A stretch of 20,000 nt of DNA from positions 52,302-72,301 of the IMG/VR virus record IMGVR_UViG_3300017776_000001; one strand, given 5' to 3'. Under the pieces are notes generated by a model. That model worked only from the letters and a program-made list of their open reading frames with translations, was not told where the DNA came from and did not search any database. Position numbers and translations under genes: made by a program. Positions within the stretch are counted from its first letter, which is position 1; each line of letters begins with the position of its first letter. Of this stretch, positions 17,556 to 20,000 are shown in pieces. The DNA is from an uncultured virus (IMG/VR IMGVR_UViG_3300017776_000001). Taxonomy: Duplodnaviria; Heunggongvirae; Uroviricota; Caudoviricetes.

Positions 17556-17563
17556 TATAAATA
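17556..17563 (+). promoter_or_regulatory. T4 late promoter TATAAATA
   Basis: Exact consensus upstream of gp18, followed by an AGGAG Shine-Dalgarno sequence. Confidence 0.88.
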
Positions 17564-17603
17564 CATTAAAAGAATTGACTAAGGTCGCAAAAAGGAGAAA
17601 AAT

Positions 17604-19610
17604 ATGGCATTTCAAGTATCACCAGGCGTACAGGTTAAAGAAGTTGACCTTACAAATGTAGTACCTGCAGTAGCAGGGACAAGTGGTGCATTTGCTGGAA
17701 CTTTTTCATGGGGCCCAGTTGATGAGGTTGTAACCGTATCAGGTCAACAAGAGTTAGTAGAGGTTTTTAATTCACCAGCAAATAATAACGCAGGTGCAGA
17801 AGATTTCTTTACTGCAGAGGGTTTCCTAAGATATGGTTCATCATTAAGAGTAGTTAGAGTTAACTCAACAAACCTTGCAAACGCAAACGCTTCTTCAACC
17901 GCTTCACAAATTATTAAGAACGGTTCAGAATACATAGAGTCTTACAGAGACTTGAGTAATTCAGGAAGTGTTGGAGCATATGTTGCTAAGTTCGCAGGTG
18001 CATTGGGTAATTCATTAAGTGTTCATGTTTGTGCATCTTCAAATGCATGGCAGGAAGCTTCAGCAGGTAACACAACTGCAGACAACGCTCTAAATGCAAC
18101 GTCTATCACTGGTGTCACAAACGCATCAACACTATTTGTTGTTGGTGACGTTATCGTGTTTGACAATCACACTCAAGAGTATAAAGTAACTGCAGTAGCA
18201 GGAACTTCACTAACTATTGAAGCACTTAACCAACCAGCTGGAACAGGTTTAACATCTGCAGTTGATGGTTCAGGTTCAGGTGCAGCAGTAGGTATTACTC
18301 GTAAGTGGGAATGGCAATCATATTTTGAAAAAGCACCTGGCACATCTGCACTAGCAGCTGCTAATGGTTCATCTAACGATGAAATTCATATAGTAATCGT
18401 AGACGAAGACGGAGATATATCAGGAACTAAAAATACAGTTCTTGAATCATATGGATTTGTTTCATTAGCATCAGACGCAAAAAATTTAAACGGAGATTCA
18501 AACTTTTACAGAGATGTATTAGAGAGAGACTCACAATGGGTATATGTTACTTCACACTTGGCAGCAATTGTGTCAAACACAAGTACTATATACACATCTT
18601 CATCTTTAGGTTCAAATAACCTAACACCCGACTTACCACAGAAAACAGCATTCGGTGCTGGTAATGATGGTAACCTTCCTACAGCAGGACAAAAGTACGG
18701 TGCATGGCAAGACCATTTCGAAGATGGAGAAACATCAGACATTTCATTCCTTATCGTAGGTTCAACAAGAACTGATAACGGAAGTGGAACAGAACAAGAT
18801 ACCCTTGCAGATTGGACAACAATCGTTAATCAGGGTATATTGGTTTGTGAAAAACGTAAGGATTGTCTATTATTAGCATCACCAAGAAGAGCATCAGTTG
18901 TTAACGTTTCATCAGAAGCGACCCAATTGTCAAACGTACTAGCAGACGTTAATACTGCATCAAGTTCTTCATTCTGTGTCTTTGACTCAGGTTGGTTATA
19001 TGTCTATGATAAGTACAATGATAGATACGTTTATGTTCCTGCTAACGGACACACAGGTGGAATTATGGCAAGGTCAGACTTATTGAATGACCCATGGTTC
19101 TCACCAGCAGGTTTCAACAGAGGACAATACCTAGGAGTAACCAAACTTGCATTTAATCCTAAGAAGGCATCAAGAGATGACTTGTATAGAGCAAGAGTTA
19201 ATCCAGTGGTAACATTCCCTGGCCAAGGAACCGTGTTGTTTGGAGATAAAACAGGACTAACACAACCATCAGCGTTCGATAGAATTAACGTACGAAGACT
19301 ATTCATCGTATTAGAGAAAGCAATTTCAGCAGCAGCTAAAGGTAGACTCTTTGAATTCAATGACGGATTCACAAGAGCTCAGTTTAGAAGTGCAATTGAA
19401 CCTTTCCTAAGAGATGTTAAAAATAGAAAAGGTATTTACGACTTCTCAGTAGTATGTGATGAGTCTAACAATACTGATTCGGTGGTAGATAGAAATGAGT
19501 TTGTCGCATCTATCTTCATTAAACCAGCTAAATCTATTAATTTCATCACTCTTAACTTCGTGGCTGCAAGGTCAGGTGTTGAGTTTGAAGAACTTTATGG
19601 TGCAATCTAA
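17604..19610 (+). CDS. gp18: Tail sheath protein gp18
   Basis: FQVSPGVQVKEVDLT, FSWGPV, PWFSPAGFNRG, FDRINVRRLF, FEFND, IKPAKSINFITLNF. Confidence 0.97.
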   Translation: MAFQVSPGVQVKEVDLTNVVPAVAGTSGAFAGTFSWGPVDEVVTVSGQQELVEVFNSPANNNAGAEDFFTAEGFLRYGSSLRVVRVNSTNLANANASSTASQIIKNGSEYIESYRDLSNSGSVGAYVAKFAGALGNSLSVHVCASSNAWQEASAGNTTADNALNATSITGVTNASTLFVVGDVIVFDNHTQEYKVTAVAGTSLTIEALNQPAGTGLTSAVDGSGSGAAVGITRKWEWQSYFEKAPGTSALAAANGSSNDEIHIVIVDEDGDISGTKNTVLESYGFVSLASDAKNLNGDSNFYRDVLERDSQWVYVTSHLAAIVSNTSTIYTSSSLGSNNLTPDLPQKTAFGAGNDGNLPTAGQKYGAWQDHFEDGETSDISFLIVGSTRTDNGSGTEQDTLADWTTIVNQGILVCEKRKDCLLLASPRRASVVNVSSEATQLSNVLADVNTASSSSFCVFDSGWLYVYDKYNDRYVYVPANGHTGGIMARSDLLNDPWFSPAGFNRGQYLGVTKLAFNPKKASRDDLYRARVNPVVTFPGQGTVLFGDKTGLTQPSAFDRINVRRLFIVLEKAISAAAKGRLFEFNDGFTRAQFRSAIEPFLRDVKNRKGIYDFSVVCDESNNTDSVVDRNEFVASIFIKPAKSINFITLNFVAARSGVEFEELYGAI

Positions 19611-19620
19611 GGAGTAAACA

Positions 19621-20000
19621 ATGGCAAGTATAGACAGTTTTAAAGCACAATTACTCGGTGGAGGCCCAAGAGCAAATAGATTTAAGGTTTTCCTACCTAG
19701 GTCAGGTGGTAAGATTGAGTTCCTTTGTAAGGCAGCTCAGATACCAGCATCAACTATCCCAGCATTTGAGGTGAACTTTAGAGGTTCAAAACTTAAAATC
19801 GCAGGTGATAGAACATTTGAAGATTGGACTGTTTCAATCATCAATGATGTGGAGTTCTCTGCAAGAACAGCTCTAGAAGCATGGCAGAGAGATATCCAAG
19901 AACTAGATTCAGGAGAAGGTTTAACATCACTAGATTATCTATTAGATAGGGCTTTCGTTGAACAATTAAACAAAGACGATACTGTGTTGGCAAGATATGA
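19621..20000 (+). CDS. gp19: Tail tube protein gp19 (partial, runs off the window end)
   Basis: Not in the ORF track. The ATG at 19621 follows AAGGAG and translates MASIDSFKAQLLGGGPRANRF..FLCKAAQIPASTI..FRGSKLKIAGDRTFEDWTVSIIND. Confidence 0.93.
   Translation, partial: MASIDSFKAQLLGGGPRANRFKVFLPRSGGKIEFLCKAAQIPASTIPAFEVNFRGSKLKIAGDRTFEDWTVSIINDVEFSARTALEAWQRDIQELDSGEGLTSLDYLLDRAFVEQLNKDDTVLARY

Noticed and set aside
17574..17603. Second sigma70 promoter at ATTGACTAA before gp18
   Set aside because: No good -10 hexamer at the correct spacing, and the exact late promoter at 17556 already explains expression.
734..19372. Other short overlapping ORFs antisense to the fibre, enzyme, terminase and sheath genes
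   Set aside because: They overlap well-supported + strand genes and show no recognisable motifs.
15955..19610. Intron, intein or homing endonuclease in the terminase or sheath genes
   Set aside because: Both ORFs are continuous and of normal length, with no visible intein or endonuclease motifs.

Overview
Low-GC window from a T4-like myovirus genome, most similar in style to aquatic T4-like phages; the host cannot be determined. All credible genes are on the + strand. The right half is the conserved morphogenesis block: gp13, gp14, gp15, gp16, gp17, gp18 and the start of gp19, with TATAAATA late promoters. The left half holds four modular fibre/virion proteins, a 1382-aa repeat protein, and a cassette encoding a ParB-like/glycosyltransferase fusion, a possible fibre chaperone, two 2OG-Fe(II) oxygenases and a DUF6065-like protein. 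The standout is the 1382-aa protein. Two arms of exactly 492 aa (32 units of 14 or 16 aa each) flank a 269-aa unique domain. The order of unit lengths in the C-arm is the exact mirror of the N-arm, and sequence features are complementary at mirrored positions. This suggests a self-complementary polypeptide that folds into a very long antiparallel hairpin fibre with a tip domain, possibly decorated by the adjacent enzymes. The structure and function are inferred, not demonstrated.
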